Source of the DNA: Acidobacteriota bacterium
Lineage (GTDB): Bacteria; Acidobacteriota; UBA6911; JACQSX01
Direction of reading: 5' to 3'
DNA length: 37,398 bases
NCBI GenBank assembly: GCA_036507075.1
Contig: DASXQR010000201.1
Coordinates: forward strand, 1 to 37,398
Shown: piece after piece, positions 26,700 to 36,137 of the stretch
Layout of the letters: each line of letters opens with the position of its first letter
Position numbering within the stretch: the stretch's first letter is position 1
Translations under genes and position numbers: made by a program
Notes under the pieces: generated by a model
What the model was told of the DNA's origin: nothing
Database searches by the model: none
What the model saw: the letters and a program-made list of their open reading frames with translations, nothing else

Positions 26700-27955
26700 T
26701 ATCTGCTTCCCAGTTTCTTGATGCGCTTTACGAATTTTCTGACCGGGTTCGCCTTCACTTCCGGTGGGACGGCTCCCCGCGCGCTTTTCAAATAGGAAAG
26801 TTCGCGGCGGAGATTCCGAATCTCCTCATGCAGGTTGCGCCTGAAGTCATCGGTGAGAGCAAAAGGCGCCTGGGATGGAAAAAGCTGCGGTATGCCCTGG
26901 AGCTCCAGCAGTTCTGCTTCCTGTGCTTCGTAAGCGGTGTCTTTGAAGATGCGGCGAAACGGATCTCGAAACAGGGCAACGATCTCATCGTCGCTTCTCC
27001 TGCGCCTGGCCTGCACGGCTGCGCGCTTTTGCATCAGGCCGGGCCAGTTTTCTATCACGTCGTCAAGCGCAACCAGATGATTGATGGCGTCCTTCCACAT
27101 CCAGAATGCCCCGGGGTCCTGCGGCGGCTCGGAGTCCTTCCAGAAATAAAAGCTGGTCTTGTCAATGTTTGCGAATCGAACCGCCCGGCGGACGGCCTGA
27201 AAGAAAGCAACCGGAACGATCTTTTCAAAGCGCTCGCGCTCATAGTTTTTGATGATCGTGAATAAGGCATTGCGATGCATCAAATAGCGCTTCTTTTCCT
27301 CGCGGCGCGTATCCAGAGTGGCGTGGCCCTTGTGGTAGACAAACGACTCGGGTTCGAAAAACACATCATGTCCCTGGAGCCAGAGGCGCCATCCGAAGTC
27401 GACATCTTCGTAGATGGCAAAGTAGTCTTCATCAAAGGCGCCCGATTCCAGGAAGACTTCTTTGCGCACCAGCATTGCCCCGCCGCAGGCAAACAGGATC
27501 GGTCCGGCAGGCGAGCGTCGGCTGCTCGTTTCACCGATCCCGACCTGATCGCCAAATCCGAGATACTGGAGAGAAGCTCCGTCGAAATCGACTTTGTCTC
27601 CCGACCAGCTCAGAATGCGGCTGGCCACGCAGGCGTGCTCGCGCGCCGATTTCATGGCGGCTGCGATCCAGTCGGAAGAAGCCCGCATGTCGTTATTCAG
27701 AAACGCCAGCCACTCGCCGCACGCCGCTTCCGCCGCCCTGTTCAGAGCTCCGGCAAACCCCAGATTCTTTTCCGATGCGATCAGCCGGACAGACGAATAT
27801 CTTTGGGAAATGAACCGGGCGGAGTCGTCGCTGGAAGCGTTGTCAAACACGATAACTTCGTCCGCCGGGTGGCTCTGCTGCTGGAGGGAAGAGAGGCAGT
27901 CATCCAGGTGATGAATGCCGTTCAGGTTTGGAATCAGTACGGAAACCGATGTCAT
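26699..27955 (-). CDS. Glycosyltransferase family 2 with C-terminal helical extension
   Basis: LIPNLNG, DNASSD, FLNND and FDEDYFAIYEDVDFGWR motifs. Confidence 0.9.
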   Translation of the reverse strand: MTSVSVLIPNLNGIHHLDDCLSSLQQQSHPADEVIVFDNASSDDSARFISQRYSSVRLIASEKNLGFAGALNRAAEAACGEWLAFLNNDMRASSDWIAAAMKSAREHACVASRILSWSGDKVDFDGASLQYLGFGDQVGIGETSSRRSPAGPILFACGGAMLVRKEVFLESGAFDEDYFAIYEDVDFGWRLWLQGHDVFFEPESFVYHKGHATLDTRREEKKRYLMHRNALFTIIKNYERERFEKIVPVAFFQAVRRAVRFANIDKTSFYFWKDSEPPQDPGAFWMWKDAINHLVALDDVIENWPGLMQKRAAVQARRRRSDDEIVALFRDPFRRIFKDTAYEAQEAELLELQGIPQLFPSQAPFALTDDFRRNLHEEIRNLRRELSYLKSARGAVPPEVKANPVRKFVKRIKKLGSR

Positions 27956-28929
27956 CCTAATTCAGCCGATGCAGGACTGCCCTGATCCTCCACGGCAGGC
28001 CGCACTGGCAGCGCGTTTGACTGCCATATGAATTGTCTGACCTGCTGGTCGGAAATGCGCCGCGATTTTTGAATCTGCCGGCGGCGCGCAAGAGTGTCCG
28101 GCAGCCAGGCCAGATTCACAAAAAAATTCTGGATTTGCGCTAATTTACGGCGAAACGGAAGAGGAATCAGCGCTATTCGAATCCATGCCCGAATTGCGTT
28201 GCTCATTTCGTAATTCTTAAGCAGGGACCGCAAATTGTGTCGCTCGCCCAGAATCTCCCTGCGGCTCCATCCCAGCTCGCGACGCGTGATGGCGCCATAC
28301 TTGTGGTAAGCGACCGCACGCGGCGCGGTCACAATTTGATGACCGTGTAATCGGGCGCGCCAGCAGTAGTCGACGTCTTCGTGATACATAAAAAAATAAT
28401 CGTCAAAGCAGCCGAGCTTCAAAAACAGGTCGCGCTTCAGAAAACAGGCTCCTCCGCTGGCAAAGAAAACTTCCTCAGTCTCGTCATATTGTCCGTGATC
28501 GATCTCGTTGAGACCCCGGTCCCATCCATAGCCGAGATAATTCATGCCGCCGCCGACACCGTTGATCACCGCGCGCCTGTCGTAAAAGAGAATCTTGGCG
28601 GCCACGGCCGCCGCGCCGGTCTTCTCCAGCGTTCGCAGTCCTTCCTCGAGAAAGCGCCGATCCAATTCGACGTCGGTATTCAAGACGCCCAGCACACCGG
28701 CGCGCGCCAGCTCCGCGGCGCGGTTGACTGCTTTGGAAAACCCCTCGTTGCTCGAGTTTTGAATTACCTCGACTTCCGGGAAGTTCAAAAGAATCTGCCG
28801 ACTGCTGTCCGTGGAGGCGTTGTCGACCAGCAGGATTTCAAGCGGCTTCAACGTTTGACGGCGCAGAGACTGAAGGCACACGGGCAGATGATCCGCTCCG
28901 TTGTAATTCACTATTACAACACTAATCAT
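27952..28929 (-). CDS. Glycosyltransferase family 2 (WbbL-like)
   Basis: VVIVNYNG, VDNASTDSS, LNTD and FFMYHEDVDYCWR motifs. Confidence 0.9.
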   Translation of the reverse strand: MISVVIVNYNGADHLPVCLQSLRRQTLKPLEILLVDNASTDSSRQILLNFPEVEVIQNSSNEGFSKAVNRAAELARAGVLGVLNTDVELDRRFLEEGLRTLEKTGAAAVAAKILFYDRRAVINGVGGGMNYLGYGWDRGLNEIDHGQYDETEEVFFASGGACFLKRDLFLKLGCFDDYFFMYHEDVDYCWRARLHGHQIVTAPRAVAYHKYGAITRRELGWSRREILGERHNLRSLLKNYEMSNAIRAWIRIALIPLPFRRKLAQIQNFFVNLAWLPDTLARRRQIQKSRRISDQQVRQFIWQSNALPVRPAVEDQGSPASAELG

Positions 28930-31009
28930 TTGTATTAAGTCTCTTTTTCAGTCTCTTCCAGAAGATGCGCGCGATCGGAGTCTGACGTTCCATCTGCAAT
29001 TCTTGTTCGACGGCCAGGATTCTCTGTTGTAGCTGATCGACCATTTCGGCCTTCTGTTGCAACTGCTCAACGTGATTCTGAAGTAGCTCAACCTGATTCT
29101 GAAGTAATTGGATATGCTTTTGCTTTTCATTCAGCAGCACCGCTGAGGCCATCCTGCGGCGAACGGTGTCTGCGCTGAGAATCTCGGGCTTGCCCTTCAG
29201 AAACGCCAGCAGTTCTGAGGGCAAACCTCTGCCGGAACGGGGTAGCACGGGTGTATTGAGCATTTCTCTTTTGGAAATCAGAAAGAAGAGACGGTACGGG
29301 CGGCCTTCGCTCGACCAGAGAGTTTCCATATTCACGGCGCGGTTCAGCCGCTCCAGCGCTGCGTGCTGCTGGAAATGGGCAAGCAGGAGCGAAGTTTCCT
29401 GCAAGACGGCCCACATTTCCACGCACATTCCCTGGTACTCGACAAGCCGGTAACCCTTTGCCGCTGCCCACTCGAGCAGAAGCTCGCGTTCGGGAAGCAT
29501 CTTTTCCTGATGCTCGTTCAGAAATCCATGGCTGTCCGCGCCCGACTGCTCCAGCGTTGTGCGGACCTGGCTTTCGGCATCCACTACGTCAGTACTGGAG
29601 AATGGGCCTCCGATCAGAATGCAGGCCTTGCTCATCGAATCGAGTTTTTCTAAAAAGCCTGTACGCTCCGCGCCGGGAATGTGCTCAAGCACGTCCAGGC
29701 AAAGGACCAGATCAAAGGACTTGTTGGAGAGCTCATCGGACGGCACAAAGAATGCCGAATCCGCGGCCCGCACGTCCGTGAATACCGCGGGAACTCCAAA
29801 ATCGGCCGCTGAGGCCCAATGCCCTCCGCGGTCGCCGATATACCCGCCATAGTCGAGGATTGATTGGGGAGCAGGAGATATTCCCCGGCACATCAAAGCC
29901 GAGGCTTGATAGCGTTCGAACAAATCGAACGGGAGCCGCGAAATCAGCTCGTCTCTCGAACTCTGCCGGGCATCAAATGAAAGCGAGCGAATGATCACCT
30001 GACCTGCATCTTTGCCTTCAGCCAAATCAAACCGTATCGAGTGGCCGCCGTTTGCAAAGAGGAGAGGCGCAAGTTGGATGGATATTTCGTTTTGATGCGA
30101 GAAGAACTCGACGCGGCCGGCGACGCGCCCGTCTGCGACCAGCAGAAACGCTCCATTGTGGCCCGTTGTGCCCGCGCTGCAATCAATCGAGATCGAGACT
30201 GGCCGGACTGAAGGATTGTAAACGTAGATTTCATTCTTTTCGCCCAGCATCCAGCCGTCTTTAGTCTCGTGAAAGCCCGTCCTGACTCTGAAGGCAACAG
30301 GCGCGGCTGACGTGTCGCTCACCGAAAAAGGTTCCTTTGCGCCCGCCAGCAATTGCTTGTGAAACCCCGCAACCTTCTCCTTAGCTTTCGAAGCGGCCAG
30401 CACGAAATTAAAATCTTCGCCTTCAAATCCGAAGTTACAGTGAAAACCGATTTCCTTGAACAACTCGATCCAGTGGGCGGGTGGTCTCTCGTGAACGTGG
30501 GTCGGTTCCCGGCGCAAAAAGCGGCAGGGATCCGGTGTGGCGGCTATCAACACCGCATCGGGTTTCAGGCAGCGCTTCAACTCTGCCGCGGTCCGGCGTG
30601 GATTTTCCAGATGTTCGAGAAGGTCAAATGCCGTGACCAGATCCAGCGATTCGGAACGGAAGGGAAGATCGAAGGCATCGGCTTCGGTCAGATAGCCGCG
30701 GATGCCCGGCCGTTGAGAAAGTGCGTAGCGGCTGATGTCACAACCCATGACATGAAAACCGGCTGCCCGCGCTTCTTCGACCAGGTAGCCGTAGGCACAA
30801 CCCAAATCAAGCCACCGGGCTTGTGACGGGCCGGCTGAACCTAAAATGTTCTGGATCCTTTTGAGCCATTCTGCCCAGTCCGGGTGGTTGGCGGCGTAAC
30901 CTTCTTCCGGGTAGCCGCTGTTTACGCCGTGAAAATAGCCTTTGTCATAAAGGCTGCGAAGCTGGCTGGTGCGATTGCGCGAGCTCTGGGCGGTCTCCAT
31001 TAAGGGCAA
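28922..31009 (-). CDS. Class I SAM-dependent methyltransferase with two MTase domains and C-terminal coiled coil
   Basis: WLDLGCAYG...FDLLEHL and ILDYGGYIG...CLDVLEHI; heptads IQLLQNQVELLQNHVEQLQQ. Confidence 0.85.
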   Translation of the reverse strand: MPLMETAQSSRNRTSQLRSLYDKGYFHGVNSGYPEEGYAANHPDWAEWLKRIQNILGSAGPSQARWLDLGCAYGYLVEEARAAGFHVMGCDISRYALSQRPGIRGYLTEADAFDLPFRSESLDLVTAFDLLEHLENPRRTAAELKRCLKPDAVLIAATPDPCRFLRREPTHVHERPPAHWIELFKEIGFHCNFGFEGEDFNFVLAASKAKEKVAGFHKQLLAGAKEPFSVSDTSAAPVAFRVRTGFHETKDGWMLGEKNEIYVYNPSVRPVSISIDCSAGTTGHNGAFLLVADGRVAGRVEFFSHQNEISIQLAPLLFANGGHSIRFDLAEGKDAGQVIIRSLSFDARQSSRDELISRLPFDLFERYQASALMCRGISPAPQSILDYGGYIGDRGGHWASAADFGVPAVFTDVRAADSAFFVPSDELSNKSFDLVLCLDVLEHIPGAERTGFLEKLDSMSKACILIGGPFSSTDVVDAESQVRTTLEQSGADSHGFLNEHQEKMLPERELLLEWAAAKGYRLVEYQGMCVEMWAVLQETSLLLAHFQQHAALERLNRAVNMETLWSSEGRPYRLFFLISKREMLNTPVLPRSGRGLPSELLAFLKGKPEILSADTVRRRMASAVLLNEKQKHIQLLQNQVELLQNHVEQLQQKAEMVDQLQQRILAVEQELQMERQTPIARIFWKRLKKRLNTND

Positions 31010-31033
31010 TTATAACGTTTGCAGCCGGGAATT

Positions 31034-31200
31034 GGGGACTGAGGGATTGAGGGACTGAGGGATGGAGGGATGGAGGGACGGAGCGATAGTGAGATGGAGA
31101 GATAGAGGTGGTAGAGATTGAGCGAGAAACTCTCCGTCTCTCCGTCCCTCAGTCTCTCCGTCCCTCAGTCCCTCAATCCCCCCTCCCCCGCTCCCCCTTG
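31034..31200. repeat. Inverted array of 8-bp GGACTGAG/GGATGGAG-type units
   Basis: Purine-rich arm GGGACTGAGGGATTGAGGGACTGAGG and pyrimidine-rich arm CTCCGTCCCTCAGTCCCTCAATCCC. Confidence 0.85.
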
Positions 31201-31271
31201 TGACATGCGTCACTCTCCCGTATTTTCTTTAGATTCAATCGTTTTTTCATACAAAAATCGGTAAAAAAGTG

Positions 31272-31300
31272 TTGAGCGTGATCAGGTACTAAAGTATAAT
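31272..31300 (+). promoter_or_regulatory. Sigma70 promoter TTGAGC-N17-TATAAT
   Basis: Perfect -10, 17-nt spacer, A-tract upstream. Confidence 0.7.
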
Positions 31301-31618
31301 CCGACGAATTTGAACGGCAGAAATTATGGAAATCTGAAACTGCCGTGGATATAGCAGTGTCATTGAAGCCATACCTGTTTTATTCGTTGAAGCCTGTCGT
31401 CGTGTCGTGCAGTTTCTTGCAAAACTCCAGGTAGTTTCAGGTAGTGGGTTCAAGTCTTTTGCACGATAGATAGTTGATTTGTCATGGCTTTCGAGACAGA
31501 TGAACTTGTTGCCTTTCGTTGAGGGTGAGCTTAAGAGGGTGTTTCAATGAGGTGAGTACCCCGCTTCCAACCGGGGGTGAGTTTTCTTAATCGTTAAGGA
31601 GCATTTTAACTGCAGCAC

Positions 31619-31644
31619 GCCACTTTTTTGCACCTGGAGCATCT
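31619..31644 (+). promoter_or_regulatory. Candidate ECF promoter GCCAC-N16-CATCT
   Basis: GCCACTTTTTTGCACCTGGAGCATCT, third copy of the motif. Confidence 0.65.
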
Positions 31645-31742
31645 GTAGGTCAATTGCGGTGGCCGTGGCTGTATTTACCAACCGGCTGTAGAGTTACAGC
31701 CAATCAACCAAGTTGAAACAGGCTTTAGACGGAGGTTCGATA

Positions 31743-34715
31743 ATGTCCCGACGCTCAGCGAGTTGTGTGCTTTTCCTGATGGTACTTTGGGCCACGCCTT
31801 ACACCTTTGGCGCACGCCGGGTTATCCTGGGTGAATATTATTATCCAAAGACCGGAAATTCCTGGATTCGGACTGACGGCAAGACGGTGTTTGAACCGGG
31901 TGACACGATCATCTTTAAGGACGACCGGGTGACGCTCGGTTTCGGATCCGTGTCGGGTACTGTTGGCTATCAGCTTGACAATAAGAATGCGACCATCGTT
32001 GAAGTGTCCATCTCTGCCGAAGCTGCCAAAGAGTTCGTGAACTGCACCGCGACGGGATCGGGTGCGCCAGTTGGGATCTTTGAAGGCTTCGCGATGCCTG
32101 TTTACATCTCGCCCAATGCGGGGAACGGGTCCCTGGGTGCTAAATTTGTCTATCTGGACAATGAGAAGAGGGGACTTGGTGGTTATACGATTGCTCAGCA
32201 GCTCCTGGACATCATCGAAGCCTTTGACTTGGCCCAGGTGGAGCGAAAGGCGATCACCACGCCGCCGGCCACTAACTTACTGGTCACTTCGCCCGAGACG
32301 GTTCTGGCCAACAAAACTTTCACGCTCACAGCCAACCTGGACGCCGTTTCCTACAGTTGGCAGCAAACCACGACCGGCCCCGCACTGACCGGGCCAGCGA
32401 TTCAACAAGGCAATCCTCCGGCAAATGCAAAAGTGGTGAGCTTTTTGGCGCCCGGCCTGAAGGATGGATATAACGCCGGCACCCTTACCTTCCGGGTCCA
32501 GGCGACCATGGAAAACAACGTCAAATCGAACATTTTTGAAAAGACTGTCACCGTAATTAAGGAGGCTGCTGCACCGCCGGGGTCGGTTTCAGGCGGAACA
32601 CAGTTTGGAACCCCTCCTACTGGGAAAGGCCCGGCACAGGCCCGTGTTCTGTTGCCTCCGGGACCGATCCTGGTGAATACTCCCTTTAGGCTGTCCGCTT
32701 TTGCCAGCGATGCTTATGGTCCGGTTTGTAATCCCACAATTGTGCCATGTCCGCAGCCTCCGACTACAACATTGGAGGTCAAATGGGAGCGCGTTGTAAA
32801 TAGCGTTCCACAAGCGCCGGCTCTGACGACAGACCTGATCCAAGGTGTACTGCTCAGCGAGGAGCGAGAGTGCGCGGTAGATGTGACTGAGGCTGCGGCG
32901 GGAAGCTATACGTACCGATTCACTGTCGCGACAAATAGTGGCTCTTATGGCAACTATTACACAGTGACGCTGAATGTGACAACGCCTCAGCTTCCTCCGC
33001 CCACCGGCCCGGCAATCAGCCTGGCCACGCCGCTTCCAGACAATGTGGAACCGGACAGCTTCGTTACCCTGGATGCTTCCGGAACTACCGGGAAGGCCCC
33101 GCTTGTTTACAAGTGGTCGGTTAAGTACGACAACAGGGACGTTGTCTTTACCGAGGACGGCAAAGGGAAGCTGACCTTCCGAGTGCCGGTTGAGGCCGCC
33201 AGCAAGAAAATTACAATCGCGCTGATCGTGGAAGATAAGGACAAGATTGCAAGCAACCAATCGCTGGAGATCAATGTAAAAGCTATCACGATTCGCGCGC
33301 TGAACCTGCCGCAGATTCGCGGGTTGCTCACCAACCGCACCAAGACGGCATCCGAGGTCAGCGATTACTACGGTATCCAGGCGCCCGATTTCATCAATTA
33401 CATCGCCGTCATGAATCCCGCCGGTGAGCCGGGCAAGAAGGAGTTGATTTCAATCCGCAGCCTGGATTCGGAGGGCAGCGCCCTGAGCGACTTCTACAAA
33501 TCGGTAGAGTTGGGTCCGGGCGGCGTGCCGCTGACCAAGGCGCTCGAGAAGGTGATCCCCGAGGAGGCGCTTACCGACAGCCAGACGGTAAAAGTGAATG
33601 CCCTTTCCAGACTGGTCGGCCTTGGCATGGTGATCGATGGAAATACGCCGCGCATGGATGCCTTTGACCTCAACTCCAAGACCGGAAGTGACTGGGTTCT
33701 CCCCTACCTGTTCAAACCGCCGCGCGAGAGTTTTGGCGTCCTGAGTTTCCAGAATGCCTCCACGGATAATGCCGAAGTGCAGGCGGAGTATTTTCCGCGG
33801 GCCGGAAACTTCACGCTCAAGGGCCAGAAAGTCACTCTCAAGCCCGGTGGAAGCAAGACCATTGAACTGATCGATTTTTTCGGACTGCGCCAGCTCAACG
33901 ATCTGCAGGGGTACGTGGCCCTCACATCGAATAAGCCGCTGCAGGTTCTCGGCCTGTACGGAGATAATCGGGAGATGTTTGCCATTCCCGGTTTCCGCAG
34001 GGAGGATTTCGCGTCCACATTGGTTGCCCCCGTGGCTTTTCGCGACAACGAATGGGAGACCGTCCTGTCGGTTATCAACGGAGATACCACAGATCGTGCC
34101 ATCAAAGTGCAACTGCTGAACGCAGATCTGCCGGCCACTCTCAAAGAAAAATCCTGGACTCTGAAGCCGGGAATCAACGAAACCACTCTGACAGAGTTAT
34201 TCGGAAACGTGCTGATTCCTTTCACCGCGGTCAGGTTGACGAACACCAGCGGGGTGGCTGGATCGGGATTTGGCGGAACGGTCCTGCTGCGCAATGTGGC
34301 TACGGGCGCCGACACGCTCTGGCCGATGATCGGAGCGGATCAGACATTGGATAAGGCAATCTATTCGCATATTGCTCAGGGCGGAGACTGGCAGAGTTCA
34401 TTTGTCATCTCCAACGTGGGATCCGCCGCCGCTTCTCTGAAGGTCAGTGGAATGCTTGTGGTGCGGGATACCGCGACCACGTTCAAGAATAAGTCGGTGC
34501 AGGGCACATTCACTATTCCCACCGGAGGCATCGTGGCAGGCCCCGAGCTCAGTAAGCTCGGCATCAGTCATCAAGGAGAGATTTTTGGCGGCTATCTGTT
34601 GATTGAGGGAGCCAATCCTACCGCGACGATTAATCTGTTAGCCACCGGCTTGCTGTTCCATAACAACGGCAAAGGGGCAATCAACGGCCTGTCGCTGGTG
34701 CCCGCGGTTAAATAA
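31743..34715 (+). CDS. Large secreted multidomain surface protein (PKD/Ig-like domains plus four C-terminal beta-sandwich repeats)
   Basis: GGAGG RBS, signal peptide, PKD-like VTLDASGT...LVYKW and SYSWQQ segments, Pro/Thr linkers. Confidence 0.85.
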   Translation: MSRRSASCVLFLMVLWATPYTFGARRVILGEYYYPKTGNSWIRTDGKTVFEPGDTIIFKDDRVTLGFGSVSGTVGYQLDNKNATIVEVSISAEAAKEFVNCTATGSGAPVGIFEGFAMPVYISPNAGNGSLGAKFVYLDNEKRGLGGYTIAQQLLDIIEAFDLAQVERKAITTPPATNLLVTSPETVLANKTFTLTANLDAVSYSWQQTTTGPALTGPAIQQGNPPANAKVVSFLAPGLKDGYNAGTLTFRVQATMENNVKSNIFEKTVTVIKEAAAPPGSVSGGTQFGTPPTGKGPAQARVLLPPGPILVNTPFRLSAFASDAYGPVCNPTIVPCPQPPTTTLEVKWERVVNSVPQAPALTTDLIQGVLLSEERECAVDVTEAAAGSYTYRFTVATNSGSYGNYYTVTLNVTTPQLPPPTGPAISLATPLPDNVEPDSFVTLDASGTTGKAPLVYKWSVKYDNRDVVFTEDGKGKLTFRVPVEAASKKITIALIVEDKDKIASNQSLEINVKAITIRALNLPQIRGLLTNRTKTASEVSDYYGIQAPDFINYIAVMNPAGEPGKKELISIRSLDSEGSALSDFYKSVELGPGGVPLTKALEKVIPEEALTDSQTVKVNALSRLVGLGMVIDGNTPRMDAFDLNSKTGSDWVLPYLFKPPRESFGVLSFQNASTDNAEVQAEYFPRAGNFTLKGQKVTLKPGGSKTIELIDFFGLRQLNDLQGYVALTSNKPLQVLGLYGDNREMFAIPGFRREDFASTLVAPVAFRDNEWETVLSVINGDTTDRAIKVQLLNADLPATLKEKSWTLKPGINETTLTELFGNVLIPFTAVRLTNTSGVAGSGFGGTVLLRNVATGADTLWPMIGADQTLDKAIYSHIAQGGDWQSSFVISNVGSAAASLKVSGMLVVRDTATTFKNKSVQGTFTIPTGGIVAGPELSKLGISHQGEIFGGYLLIEGANPTATINLLATGLLFHNNGKGAINGLSLVPAVK

Positions 34716-34740
34716 TAGTAAGATATAGAGCCTCGAAGAA

Positions 34741-34774
34741 GCGGCCCTGGAGGTTTCCGGGGCCGTTGCCTTTT
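34741..34774 (+). terminator. Probable terminator hairpin
   Basis: GCGGCCCTGGA-GGTT-TCCGGGGCCGT followed by TGCCTTTT. Confidence 0.55.
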
Positions 34775-34812
34775 GGAGGAGGTGCTTGGCGAAAAAAAGG
34801 AGTTCCCAAAGC

Positions 34813-35406
34813 ATGAAAAAATCTTTAACGCTGGCAATTTTAATAGCAGTAACTCTCACCTTTTCCCCTTCATTTGTCGCCGCGCGCATCCGCGTGACTA
34901 AACCTGAATCGCTGACCCTCAGCACCGCGCAGGGGTTGATGCTCGAGCTGACCAATCAAATCGAAGGACTTCCCAACAATGACTCGGTGGCCTATCTGGT
35001 GCTGAATGGAAAAAACAAATCCGGCCAGATCATCAAGCTCAGACCCGCGCAGTTCGAGTTGAAGGATTCCACGGGCAAGGTCATCGAACACGTCGAAGGC
35101 AAAGAAGCGCTCAAGCTGATTGTGAACGGCACTTACCTGCGCTCGAAGGATTACATCCGGATTGCCGGCATGGATCTCAGAGATGTGCTCCGGAATGAGA
35201 ATCGAAGATACACCGACAAGGAACTGACCGAGATTTCACTGAATCCTCAGGAGGAAATAAAGGAGAAGATCCTCTTCTTCCCAAAGTTGGAGAAGGGAAA
35301 GTACACTCTGGCTCTTGGGAAAGACGTCCTGCAGTTGAAGATCGCCGACGCAGTTTACTTCATGCGTGCCGACGAGCAATCGCAGTCAGGCAAGTCGTCG
35401 AAATAA
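34813..35406 (+). CDS. Hypothetical secreted protein
   Basis: Signal peptide MKKSLTLAILIAVTLTFSPSFVAA; alternative TTG start at 34786 with a GGAGGAGG RBS. Confidence 0.75.
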   Translation: MKKSLTLAILIAVTLTFSPSFVAARIRVTKPESLTLSTAQGLMLELTNQIEGLPNNDSVAYLVLNGKNKSGQIIKLRPAQFELKDSTGKVIEHVEGKEALKLIVNGTYLRSKDYIRIAGMDLRDVLRNENRRYTDKELTEISLNPQEEIKEKILFFPKLEKGKYTLALGKDVLQLKIADAVYFMRADEQSQSGKSSK

Positions 35407-35410
35407 AAGA

Positions 35411-35602
35411 CGCGCCCCGGGAATGGGCGCTGAGCCTGTCGCCGGTGTGGGCACGTTTTTTGCCTCCCATCCTGGTTGGCAAATCCACGAAACATTACCG
35501 CCCCGGATGGGGCGCTGAGCCCGTAGCCGGGGGTTGGCGCGTTTTTTGCGCCTACCCCAGGGTCCGATTCCAAAATAATATTAGCGCCCCGGACGGGGCG
35601 CT
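35411..35602. repeat. REP array (about 85-nt period) 3' of the IS200-like transposase
   Basis: GCGCCCC-GGAY-GGGGCGC-type hairpins at about 35412, 35499 and 35583, separated by conserved GCGTTTTTTGCGCCTACCCC-like segments. Confidence 0.88.
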
Positions 35603-35627
35603 GGGATGCTGCACCGCGTGTGCGCCC

Positions 35628-36074
35628 TCACCAGAGGTATCGTTCGTCGTAATCAATCACTGCTTTCTTCAGCAGCCAAACATACTCCTCCTTAAAGCTT
35701 CTTTTCTGATGATGCCTCTCCTGATTCGCTATATACGTTTTCACTCTGCCAATATGCGAGGGACTCACCGTAAATGCGCCATACCCTTCCTGCCACCAGA
35801 ATTCCCTCTTGTCCAGTTCATTGTGGACCCATTCCGAAGATCCTTTCTTGAGCTTGCAGAGCACATCGGCAATACAATGCGTCGGCTTGAGCCTGCTCAG
35901 GAGGTGCACATGATCAATCGTCCCGCCGATTTCTTCGGAATAACCTCCCAGCGAGCGGATGATTCCACCCATATACTCATGCAGCCGATCGCGCCATTCA
36001 GCATCGATGACAGGCGCACGTTCTTTGGTTGAAAAGACGATGTGATAAAGCAGTTCTGTGTATGTGGTCGCCAT
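35628..36074 (-). CDS. tnpA: IS200/IS605-like Y1 transposase (RAYT-type, REP-flanked)
   Basis: YHIVFSTKER, HUH GGTIDHVHLL, LKKGSS, WQEGYGAFTVS and YIANQERHH; AAGGAG RBS before ATG 36074. Confidence 0.93.
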   Translation of the reverse strand: MATTYTELLYHIVFSTKERAPVIDAEWRDRLHEYMGGIIRSLGGYSEEIGGTIDHVHLLSRLKPTHCIADVLCKLKKGSSEWVHNELDKREFWWQEGYGAFTVSPSHIGRVKTYIANQERHHQKRSFKEEYVWLLKKAVIDYDERYLW

Positions 36075-36137
36075 TGGATGTTCTCCTTGTGCCAATACAC
36101 ACAACTGCCCTGTTCCCAAAATCACGAAAATTTCTTC

